DNA of 64,000 nucleotides, taken from contig NC_045138.2 in NCBI RefSeq assembly GCF_008831285.2, positions 36,456,001 through 36,520,000 on the forward strand, written 5' to 3'. Of the stretch, positions 24,751 through 64,000 are shown piece after piece (the stretch's first letter is position 1; each line of letters starts with the position of its first letter). The stretch is from Nymphaea colorata. Its lineage: Eukaryota. Both the position numbers and the translations under genes were made by a program. The notes beneath the pieces are model-generated. The model ran no database searches. It was not told the origin of the DNA and was given only the letters and a program-made list of their open reading frames with translations.

Positions 24751-26013
24751 ATGGTGGAAAGGTACAATCCGACTTGGGACATGATGGGTGACGGTCTTTA
24801 TTCGGGTCCTTGTCCGTTAACAACATCATTGGCACAGTGGCACTCGGAATGTCGATGGCGGTGGTTAAGTGGAGAACCGACGAAAGGTCCGAGGCCTACG
24901 AGGGCAGTTCAAGTTTGTTTTCGTCATTTGATTGGAAATTACTTCTATTTAGGTAATTTCCAATGTCCAGTGTGGACTTCCCTCGGACTCCCACACCGAA
25001 ATCTTGAACCCCGCGGATGATGTACACGCTCTTTTTCTAGCTTTCACCTTTCTTTCTAGATCGTCGTCGTCATCGTCGTCTACCGTTCTTCCGGCTCGTT
25101 TCATTGTCTGCCGCCACGGGAGGCGGATACGCATCTGTCATATCTGTCAAGGTACTGCGGATGCCGTAAAAATTCAGTTTATTTGTTTAATTTGCTTTGA
25201 ATTTCTTGTATGTTTCGTGGTTGCAGTGTGTGACTTTGATCGAATCGGGATTTTGTGTGTGTTGCTGGAACATGCAGCATTGGTCCTACGCTTTCTGTTC
25301 GCTTGATTTAGGGTTTCTTGGATCTAAATGGTATGGCTCGAGTGTCTGGTCTCGTCAGCTTCGGCTTCCATGACTTAACCAGCGATCATCGGACAACATT
25401 TGCAGTCTTTGATCGGAACTGGCTTCTCTGTCTACCCGCAGATTGAGTCTTGTTCAGATTCTTGCGCGGTTCGATGCCGTCTGTGGATTTTTTATTTTTG
25501 GGTGCTTCCTGTCGATAGAGAGCTTACCGCAGGAAATATGCGATACTGTTGGTTCGAATTACCGGCTGAAATTCGTGTAGTTCTGGATCACAGTGACCTT
25601 TGCTGAGTGCGGTTCAGTTAAGGCCTAAGGCCTTTACAGGCCCGATCTATGAATTAGACTGACAGTGACGAAATGGATCTGTTTATTGATTATTTGCGTA
25701 TTTGATTTTTGCCATTTATGTTGTTGGTGGGAGTTTATGCTTGGCTGACTATCCTTCTTTTAAAATTTCATACTCATTTTTTAAATTTTAGATCTGTTTT
25801 CTATTCTGGTGGTCTGTTGGCGAGGACAAAATGCGTCAAAAAATTGAACATCGGTCAATTGTCTTGTCTGGACATTGTGTGTGTTATCCATAATGTTTTC
25901 TGAAGTTTCTTTTGGTTTCTTCTAAATTTTAGGTGTCTGCTTCATCAGCGTTCTATCTGATGCAATCAAGATAACTGATTACGGCTCTGGTTGCTTGGAG
26001 CTGTTGATTGATT

Positions 26014-47216
<21,203 letters not shown>

Positions 47217-49641
47217 AGATGTGAATTTCCTGTAGCATATATTCTAATGGATGGGGCAGCACGGTTTTTGAAATACATATTGTTTTTGTATTTTGTGTAG
47301 GCATCATTTATGTATGCATATTGTGTTATTCTATTTATCCTCTTTTCTTATTACGAGGCCCTGGGTCCTACCCTGTTTGTATGTAAGCCATGCCAATCCA
47401 TTGACAGTGGTTGTAGATGTACAAAAAGTGTTTCTTATTTTCAAGTATATTGTGAGCACAAGCAGCACAACGTTGTACAATTTTATGGCCATGCTGAGTG
47501 CAGTTTTAGAAAAATTGGTAGATACGAGAAATTTAGGTGCTAGACGCAAAAGAAATAATTTTGTCCATTCATCTTCCATCATTCTTTTCAAGATGGATGG
47601 TCAAAATTATACAGTTTAGCACCTAAGGGTGTAGTACTTACCAATTTCTCACACACACACACACACATATATATATAATTTGAATTGAGGGGATATTGTT
47701 CGAGTTGCTTTAATTAGTCGTCAAGATCTAGTTAGTCATGTATGTGTATATGTGTATATGTATATACGCAAGTATGTGCGTGCATGCATACATACTTGTG
47801 TGCATGTAGTATTTGTTATACGATAGTAGATGAATATGGCCAAGGACGCAAACTTTAAGCACCCACCCATCAAAGATACAGATGCATGGCAGGAACATTG
47901 GAATATCTTGTGACGAATTCTTTTAGCGATGAATTCTTTATTTTTTAGCCTCCTGCAGCATCCGGCGATTGTGGATCTGAAATCCTTATATATATAATGT
48001 TATTCAGATTCAGAAAGAAATTTTTTTTCAGCTCAAGTGCGCTAGTCAGATGAATAGATCAACGTGACGCCTTTTATTAAACAAATGGTATTGCATTGCC
48101 CTTAAGGTATGATGGTTCGGTTTAAATGCAGGACTTAAAAAGCAGTCAACCGAGCAAACTCATCGCCTTCAAAATCATTACCATTAGGTAAATTATTTAA
48201 TTTGATTTTTTAAGTTAGGATGAACTGAAGGATTATCCTTAGGTCATTACGGTTAATAAGGATAGGCCTTGAGTCCCTAGCCGTTGGCGGCGGTAATGAA
48301 GATTAGGAGGCGGTGAGATTATGGAGCTAAACTTTCATCTTTCCCTTTGCCTTGCCTTCAAGATTCAATGCTACAGTGAGGTCTGGGTATTTCGATAGTT
48401 TTTTTGTTGTACACTTGAAAAGGTCATTGTGCCAACACAAGAACAACAGGAGCAGCCAGCTATGTCTCGCCACTTGTGGTTTCTGTTGAAAGATGATATG
48501 TAAATTCATCATTGCATTTAATTTAACTAATTTAAAAGGCCCGTTCTAGTGAAATTTGGGCGAAAAGGGGTCTGGTTCAACAGATTGCACGGTCACCACA
48601 AAAAAAAAAAAAAAAAAAAAATCAAACTGAAAACCTAGAAACAAATTTAATTCAAAACGGAAAGCTTACGAAACATTCTTAGAATTGATAATACGGTTTC
48701 TTTCTCTCCATCGGGCGGGCTGTCCTTGATAAAGAATTGATAATTTTAACAAGTGGAATTTTAATAATATTGGAAAGCATGTACGGTGATCTTCTTTTTT
48801 TACTACTTATATTGACATATCCTTGCTTCTTGTAAGGATCATCTGCAACCATGTTCGGACCATCAGGCAAACAATCGCATGCCGAGAATAGCCTCATGAA
48901 CCTTGCTTATACTTGTGCATGATATGTCCCATCCGGTGGGCAGAGCGAGGATTTATTTCAAAAGTGAGTCAAACGACCTAACGAACTTATTTAGAGTCAA
49001 ACTAAATCTAAATATAAAAAATACATTATGCAACAAAAAAAATCAATTTTTATAATTTTTTTTTCAATTAGATGAGCGTGGCCTAGGCGCCTCTCTCTTT
49101 TTTGGTTTCACCGGCAGAGGGGTTCGCAGGCGGAAACCCTCCGCCATCTCTCTCTCTCTCTCTACTGCGCTTTTGCTGGCAGAGGGTGACTTTTTCTCTC
49201 TCTCTCTCTTGCTGGCAGAGAGTTTCAATGGATTATGGGAAGCCCCAATCACGCACAAGCCCTGCGCAGGTCTGAAGCCCCTTTTCAAACCAGTCCACCT
49301 ATAACTTGAAACTAGTTGAAAATACTCCCTAGAATTTTGCTCCTTTTGTTTTTCCATTTGAGGATTCTATTTCGGTTTACGGTTTGTCATCGGCTCATCA
49401 AGCATGCAACATCTATATAACAATTGAACACTATGATGATGTGCTTTTGGGTGTAGAGAAGATTTACTAGAAAAAACACATGCATGGTAGTGTTCTTTGT
49501 CAACATTAATAATAGTCATTGAGTTACCCATTGGAAATTTTATGTTCTTTTAGGCTTCGCAGAGCATGATATTGTTGAGCAGGCCTCAAGTGCTTCATAT
49601 GAAAACCATAGGCAATTGTTGGAAAATATTGTGCATTGTGG

Positions 49642-50401
49642 CAATGTAGTAAAAGCCGTAGCCTAACGTGTATCAGCTGGGAACCTATTTGCAATATCGT
49701 AACTAGCCAACTTATTGTAAAATTAAATTTTTTTAATTTTTAAAAAATATTAAAAAAATAAAAAATAGATAAAATAATACAAAATAAGCAAAAATAAGAA
49801 AAAAAATTGCATTCAAATGAACATTCATTTATATCAACAACACATTCAAAAATAAGAAACCAAATATTCAAAATAACATAATAAACATTTATCAAAATTT
49901 TAAACTTGAAAATTTCATAGAATCTGAGGACTTAAAGGCCGAGGACTTGGAGACATAGTCTCTTATGACATAGATTACATCATAATTTATAAGTTCAAAA
50001 CATATAGCTATCATCTTTCATGATTCAACGATAATCCTCATCATCATCTTTCATGATTTGACGATGAATCCTTAGTGATTTTTTTATGAAAATGAGGAAA
50101 ATCTCTCTCTCCCATGTCTCTTGCAGTATTTAAAAACAATAAGAGAGGGAGGGAGAAGCATGTAGAGTCTTTAAAACATAACGCAAAAGGGGAAGTCAGT
50201 CTGGTGTGCATCACTTTTTATGTTTTTTTTTGTATAGTACGATACCGGGGTGCATCACTCATATCATTCAATACAATGTTCATATAGCACGATAAGAGCG
50301 ATACACTTATAATACATGAACATATCATGTATCATAAACATACTGTATAAGTTTTCTAAACTTATACGATACGTGCATATTGTACGATATGGATAACACT
50401 G
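49642..50401. mobile_element. Possible degenerate hAT-like element with CGATAC subterminal motifs
   Basis: Repeated CGATAC/GTATC motifs near the ends, right end GGATAACACTG, and a very A-rich interior. Left TIR is poor. Confidence 0.3.
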
Positions 50402-51379
50402 CTTTGTAAATGTTTTGTTTACTGTATCCAGGATTGGTACGTTCACGTTCTTTTCACCAAGGTTGACCTTCCCATGGTTCTTTCTTCTATTAGTCTAACC
50501 ACTCGCCAGTTTGGTGCATACTCTGTTTAAAACTTCTTGCAACATTTGGTAGTAAGTCATGTCCCCATAGATCTCATCTTAAATTAAGTTTCTGCAGCAA
50601 AGCTGTGCTGGAGGAAGGACTGTAGCGCATGGAGGTTATCATATAACATGAAATTCTAACTGGGTTTTTCTTTATTTGCATACCCTACAACTGCTGGCTC
50701 TGAATTGATAGGAGTTGAATTATGAACCACTACAAACATATACATGATATCATTAGGCATCTACCTTTAACTGCATATTGTGGTTATAGTTCATCTTTAA
50801 GTCTTAACTAGTTACATCATTGCGTCTAGGACTCCTGGCCTTTTTTTTAGCATGTTTACAGCCCATCCATATTGTAGAAGCTTTGAACATAGACTACTAA
50901 CAACTAATAAGTGTATGTCATCAACACCGACAAAATGAAGATCACGAAAGAGAAGGCGTTTAATGTGCATTATCAACCTCATAAAGTAAATTACTGATTT
51001 CATGTCTACATTTCTTTTGCTATAGACTTTGGGCAGCGCTTTCAAAAAATGCACGTTCTCAGATTTTTTTTTACTTTATGTAGAAAAGAGATGTTCAGTT
51101 ATACTTTTTTCTGAGTGTTTGTTTCATCTTTCTAGCTTTTATTTATGATTTTTCTTCAATTTTTAGGCATCTGTATCTCCATCAAATCAAATACAATTTT
51201 GAATTTGTCTGCACTTAAAGATCTAGGATTTCCACTTACTTGGGGAGATGAGGGTATTTTAGGACCTGTATGGTGATTTTTTATTCATTTGATAATAGTA
51301 TATATGCTTTTTTGGTAATACTTCACCGCGTCTTGTATGAAACCTAATTCCCAATTTCTTGGACTTGATTTTCATCCAG

Positions 51380-51567
51380 ATGCTTGATAAAAAGGCGGGG
51401 ACATTGACAAAACCAATGGATGTTGAGGCTAAGAAAATGCGAACAGAAGTAGGCGCAATGGAAAAGGAAGTAGCTGCAATGAGAGCAGAAAAGGAACGTA
51501 ACCTAAGGGCACGGCGCCTTGCTAGCTCGAAAGGGGTTGCAAATAGGTCCCAGCTGCTTCCTGGAAG
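51380..51567 (+). pseudogene. MAP70: Isolated exon of a microtubule-associated protein 70 (MAP70) gene, C-terminal coiled coil
   Basis: MLDKKAGTLTKPMDVEAKKMRTEVGAMEKEVAAMRAEKE...SQLLPGR resembles the recalled MAP70 C-terminus (MLAKKVDTLTKAMEVEAKKMRREVAAMEKEVAAMRV). Bounded by CCAG| and AG|GTAAC. No upstream MAP70 exons recognised between PATROL1 and here. Confidence 0.75.
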
Positions 51568-54500
51568 GTAACATGGACTTGGGTGCTTACATTATCCATG
51601 TCATATGTCTGAAACACAGTTAATGAATGACTTCTTTTGGAGAAATTCTTGGCAGGAGAAATCTCGCTGTATTCTAAATATTTGGCTTTTTTAGGAAAAT
51701 ACGGCATATGAAATAGGCAAAGCATTTCGTTCAAGAAGTAAGACATGATACTTCGTCGAACTGTATAGGATGTCTCCGGGCACGCTAGCAATTTGTCCAA
51801 ATTGGCCTAGATCAAGCGTATGGGTTCATATTATATTATGTTTAGCTAACAGGTTAGGTTCCATATTCTGCTAGCTGCAGGTTCAAGCAAGTTGAACGTC
51901 CTATCCTTTATGGTCGGTAAGTGCATGGCGTGATATCGGCCAGCACCTATGCTGTTCTTAGTGAGTCCCGTTCATCGTCATGTAGTAGGAACTCTATAGC
52001 AATGATATCAGGTGTGCTTCTTGTTTGCACTTGGTGCCAAGATATCTACGACTTTATTTGACTTGCAAGTTGAGTCATTTCCTTTTTAGGATAATCTCAA
52101 TGAAATAACATGTTTGCGCTTGTGTGCTTGCATTTATCAGCTTGGTTGATGGGCAACTGGCGGACAGAAAGGCCAAGGTATTGGGCATGAAATTTTTCCC
52201 TTTTATGGGAAGATGGTGAATGCCCCTACCAGACAGACCAACTGTTGCTTGTTTGCCCTTAAGGGGAGGTATATTTGTTAATGTCGTATTTATATCTGGA
52301 ACTCATTGAAGTACATTTCCTTCCCCGTTTTCGGTGATAAAACTCTCTCTATCTCTCTCTCTCTTTTTGTTTCTGATTCAATTTAATTGTAAATTCAACT
52401 CTGAGTTATTAGACTAGCGAACATTTTCACAGAGGTGTCCTTGGAAATCGAAATTCATTTTTTAGCATGGTTTGTAACAGTCTTCTCTAGGCCCTAAGGC
52501 GAGTGCAGCTGCGTGACGACGGGATTAAGCATTATCTTGTGTTCCGTGATAGATGGTCATACTAGGAGACCTTAGTATTCCTATCTATATTTTGGAGTTT
52601 AGTGTCAATTTGCTTGTCACCAAAGCTTCGCATCCTCATCGCACCATAAGGTCGTAAGTATTCCACAGAAATTGCACGACCATGTAACGCTCCTTATTTT
52701 CTCTGTCCAACAGGGGCACGCGACACATGACCAGCCAGAAAGACCACGGCTCAATCATACGCAGCTCATAGCTAGCTGTATGACTACCCTGGCTATCTAC
52801 TGCTCAGGACATCCTCAAGTTGACAGGGTAAACTACATTCAAATGAAGGATGTGGATAAGAAACGAAGGCATAACGATTACGCATGAGATTACAATCTGA
52901 GTTCACATATCCGTACACGTACTGATGTTAGTAGCACTGAGCTGTGAACAGGCCTATGAAAAGCTTCCAACGGGGATTTCCTTGACAATTGCATTAGCAG
53001 GTAGCAGATTAGAGGGGAAATTTTTTAGAATAACAGCAAAAAAAGCAACTTATATTCACAAGCACACTAGTAAATCAAAGCAGCGACGGAGATTCGCAGA
53101 AGCAAACTTGCCCAACTTGCAATTATGTAGCAGGAGCAGTAAGGTTGACATACAGAAATGAGAACTAAGACACGTTATTACGTTATGATCTCATAAGCTG
53201 AATTAAACCTACTCAACCTATCGAAGCTTAAATAATATATAGTCCAGTGAACTTTTCAGCAAAAGCAAGAGGCAAAAAAAGAAGTGGCAACCAGTACTAA
53301 CGATAAAGACAACAAGGATAATACGGCACAAACCATTGGAAACAACAAAGCTTCACCTTCTGGAAGCTCAGAGGTGATTCCAATCGCTCAATCATTTGAA
53401 CAAAGGAATGAATCTGCAGCAACAAAAATCACATCCTTAAAAACAACCAGTTAAGTTGATTCCCTCACGAAACGAAAAGACCTTTTCTTAACTCAATTTT
53501 GAGTTTCATGGTTCTTCCTTTCCTCGTTGGAAACATATCTAGCCCTGATTCTGAAGCATGCATCCTGGGGAGTCCAATTATCGTGATTTGACATACAAAA
53601 GCACAAGTAACTATAAAATGCAAGTGTTCGCAGATCAACCTTTTGTTAATATCAGTTTAAAATCCATCTGAATCAAACTTGTCATGGTGAAAGATAAAGA
53701 TGTGCAAGTGCTTGCAGACAGAAAGAAATAGTGAAATTGTGGAGCAGTGCTGTGAAATGAAACTAGCTCGCCAAACATGACCATGAGGTAGAATTTTGTA
53801 AATTTGTACTCTAAATGGAAGATAAGTGGGTATCGTAGTTAAAGAACTTACCTAGACTGTTCCAAGCATACATACCTAGTCCACAAACTCAAAGGTTAAC
53901 TATTTTCATTTTTCAGGGGCGAAAAGTCATAAAACCTATTCTTTTAGTGCTTCACCGTCCTGAATCCAATGAACGTGCCAAAGGAAGATGGAAGATAAGA
54001 CGCTTTCCATTTTTCAATGTCATTTCCATTGTGTTTCTGTTCCACATATAATGCAAAAGAATCAAATTACTGGTGAATTTTTTGTCCCTTAAATTTAACA
54101 ATCATGACTTTTAATGGAAAAGATGGCATAAAACACATTGATTCAATGGGCGTCCTAACAAAATCGTGTGACACAATAATAAATTAAACAGACACATGAA
54201 ACTGAGCAAGATCGGGCAGAAATATATAATTGTATATATCAATGTAAGGATGGAACTACAAATAACTGAATGTCAACACCATGCTTCAGAAAATAACTAC
54301 GACATTTGTATCTTTTGTTGGCTGCTGTGTTATCAATATACTGTATGTCAAATGTTCCTTATCGCAGCTCAGGGCTACACTGGCACCGGCTACCATTATG
54401 GGACTGCCAGCATTTCCGAAGAATGTTTCAACTAATACCTGACATGACATGAGGTTTTAAGCAAAAAGGAGCACTTGGAACCCTGAAAATGCTGCAGTCC

Positions 54501-55445
54501 AAGTAAAACACTAACCATGGGCCAAGTCCATTGTTAGTCGAGATAGACTTGTACAGGTAGCCTATGATGGTGTGCATCTACATTCTTCACATTTGAGATT
54601 GGAGGATGAATTGGTGAAATAATATTCCTCGATAAGGAAAAACCATTTCATGCAAACATCCCAGAGAAATGGAGAATGGTTACACATCTAGCTTACATTT
54701 ACCAGTCAAAAAATAAGTGAATCTTGTTTTCAATCCTTCCAAAATTTGACGATGAAACACGAAGCAGCAAGAAAGGATCCTATCAAACCTTTAAGCTACT
54801 TGTCAAACATCACATGCCGAGAGTTCGCATCTTAAAGCAGGCCTACAACATGTCCATTGAAGAATGAACCAAAAAAAAAAAAAACAAGAATAAACAAACA
54901 GCGAGAAAGCTATTTAGCAGCAGTTTCGATGACGCTAAAACCTGTGAAACCTGGTTTACCGCTAAAACCAGTTATTCTCAAATCAACTTTTGACGCCAAC
55001 ACCAAGTCTCAAACAAGGTTTTAGCATAAAAAAAAATGGTCTATTAGTACCATTTAAGAGATCGATCGACCTTCTATGTAACTCACTCAAGATCGATGAA
55101 GATGTGCCAAAGTCTGCATCGAAGTAGACATTTCCTTGGTAGACAAAAGAACCAGGAAAGCTCGGTAGTCGAAACTGCAGCTAGATTGCAACTACAATTC
55201 TGTTCAAGCTAAGATTGTCATCAAAACTAGCCAACCATTATACGAAGAGTCTTCAAACGCAGGTTACAAAACAGAAATGTCATCTTATTCTGAATCTTTT
55301 TCGAACTCGAACTATCCCAATTCAGCATCTCCATTCAACGAATGGTGCAAATTCACGAAAAGTTCCATGTCGAACACCAAACCCCTTAGAAAAATAAAAG
55401 AAAATGAGCAAGGAAATAAAGGGAGAACCAAGGGGAGGGATCCCG

Positions 55446-55908
55446 TCAACTGGACATGGGGTGGCTGGCAACGTATTCAATCGCGAGCTCGCATGAATCA
55501 ATCTTATCGGCCTCCTTATCGGGGATCTCGAGCTTGAATTCCTCTTCTAATGCCAGCACGATCTCAACGTTGTCCAGGCTGTCCAGCCCCAAGTCCTTCT
55601 GGAAATGAGACGTCGGAGTCACCTGAAACGGAAACCAGAACAGAGACGCCCGCCACTGAGATTAGGGCTCTAGGGGTTTTCACTTTCTTAATCTTTCGCC
55701 GGACTAGGGTTTTGGGAAAAGACATTACCTTCGACGGGTCGAGTTTGGGGAAGGACTTGACGACGTCCAACACGCGATCGATGACCTCCCGCTTGTCCAG
55801 GTGATCGTCGGAGTGTGACCATCGTACGACAGAGAGGCGCCATTCCGGCCGATGGACGGCACTGATTGGCACGCGCAGCTGCCGGAGAATTGCTGCCCTT
55901 GCTGCCAT
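55446..55908 (-). CDS. mtACP: Mitochondrial acyl carrier protein (mtACP, NDUFAB1-like), 118 aa, 2 exons
   Basis: Exons 55908-55729 and 55622-55446 with a GT-AG intron. Arg/Ala-rich presequence; phosphopantetheine motif [29 protein letters not shown]. Confidence 0.95.
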
Positions 55909-57034
55909 GCTCTCTCTCTCTCTCTCGCCTTCTCAGCTGCTCCACAATAGTCGTTGCAGTGTGAAAATATTCTTAGAAAGGGCACCAGTTCTTTCGATTA
56001 ATTGTATGAACGCTCTAAAAATTTCACTTTTTTTTAATATTAGCAAGTAAGTCTCACCATTTCAAGTCGCTAATTACGGATTAGAGTCTATCTTTACAAT
56101 TTCACAACCAATTCCATTAGTTCGTCCACTTTGTTCTTGAAAATGATCGCATACAAGTCGAACTGGCGCATCAGATTTGATTGCTCTAAAAAGTAAGATT
56201 TCATTTTTTCATTTTGATATCCGTTATCATCACCATATTATCAACCATGTGGTGGGATGAGATTAGATGAAACGCATCAATCCGTCATCGTTTAGGTCAC
56301 GAACATCACTGTTCCCACCATCAAAGCAAATCAAAATTCAAGGAATGCATAGCCATCCAGACGGTGACGAGGGGATCCAGTGCACATACTTCTCACTCAA
56401 GGGCCATATCAATCATGAACTAAGGAGTTTTCTCAAAAATTTAGTTCTGTACTAAAAAAAGGGGTAAGAAATATTTTGGGTAGCTAAAAACTTGGCTCGT
56501 GTTTTTATTTCCACCTAATAGGGCTTGATTTCATAAGATTGCTTGCATGCTTTATTTATCATGTGATTCGAAGACGGTACAATAGAAAAATATCGCGATA
56601 TTTTGGTCCCGTCCGTGTTTTACTGAATCGGGCCCGGTACGGCACGGCCAAGCGGATTGAGGGTGTTTTCGTAATTCACAAGCCGCGGATACTGACTCAA
56701 AAGAAATGGCGGGGTTTCGCGATATAAAGGGTATTGTAGTAAATGTGGACGTTAGAACCTGATACACAACATAGGGCGGGGTTTTCTTTTCCATTCGTTC
56801 TTGGCGCACTTCTTGATTCTTTCTTCCGACGGGTTTTCTGCATTTCCCTCCCGTAATCACATAGAAAAAAGAAGAGCCGCTCCAGGAGAGGGAGGAGAGG
56901 CGGGGGAGAGACGGAGAGTCCGGGAAGGAGAGCGCGAGGGATCGAAGGCGTAAACGTAGCTGTAGAAGCGAGCGTGGGCTGGGAACTGACGCAGGGACAA
57001 GAGAGATAGGGAGGGGCAGGGTGAGTGGGGAAGG

Positions 57035-63590
<6,556 letters not shown>

Positions 63591-64000
63591 GTACAGTTTT
63601 TCTGTTATTCTATTTTCTGCAGTCATGGTCCTTTACAAGTTAATAACCCAATAAGTATTTCAGTATATGAAATATAAAGAAAATGAGATTTTGGGTCCAT
63701 CTGTCCATCTATGTTATCTATGCACAAGCCTAGCTGCAGGAAACACCTATTTGCTTCTAATCTCCTTCTGCAGATGTAGAAAAGAAGATGTACGATGGGT
63801 TTAAACATTAGAGTATGCAAGGATAGATTATATCGACCTTTTTTAGCTAGTTTAAATAATTTGTGTCAGTTGTACATTAACTTGGATTCTCTTTTTCTGG
63901 AGTCACAGTTCCAATCAGTGTGGCCTTCTAGGGGCTTCACACATAGGTGGCATTAGCAGATTAGGTTTTGACAATTTGTACTGTAACTATGACTAAAGGA

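Noticed and set aside
53350..53860. Possible extra minus-strand exons downstream of mtACP (splice-like sites near 53357, 53415, 53851)
   Set aside because: No coding signal or homology recognised; may be UTR exons or chance motifs and cannot be supported without transcripts.
55564..55728. C-terminal half of the 114-aa ORF 55564..55908
   Set aside because: Read-through into the mtACP intron and the wrong frame of exon 2; the spliced model restores the DSLD motif.

Overview
Intron-rich flowering-plant nuclear DNA. Exon models below were assembled by hand from GT-AG sites and reading-frame continuity; product calls are from recalled family knowledge, with no database search. Left to right: the first (signal-peptide) exon of a minus-strand gene leaving the window; a 4-exon ERI1-like DEDDh exonuclease with a GRF zinc finger (-); a ~12 kb decayed, rearranged tandem copy of the neighbouring PATROL1 locus (deletions, nonsense changes, one inverted exon, one out-of-order exon block, duplicated upstream DNA); the intact 26-exon PATROL1/unc-13-like gene (+, ~1094 aa); an isolated MAP70 C-terminal exon; a mitochondrial acyl carrier protein (-) head-to-head with an organellar DNA gyrase B gene (+, runs off the end) that has an apparent 1-nt frameshift in a G run. 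Introns carry several MITE, LTR and TRIM remnants. I see no clearly new multi-gene system. The best leads are the shattered PATROL1 copy with an antisense exon, the orphan ATG-initiated MAP70 exon, the GYRB frameshift and G-quadruplex/dual-ATG leader, and splice-dependent upstream AUGs in the ERI1-like leader.
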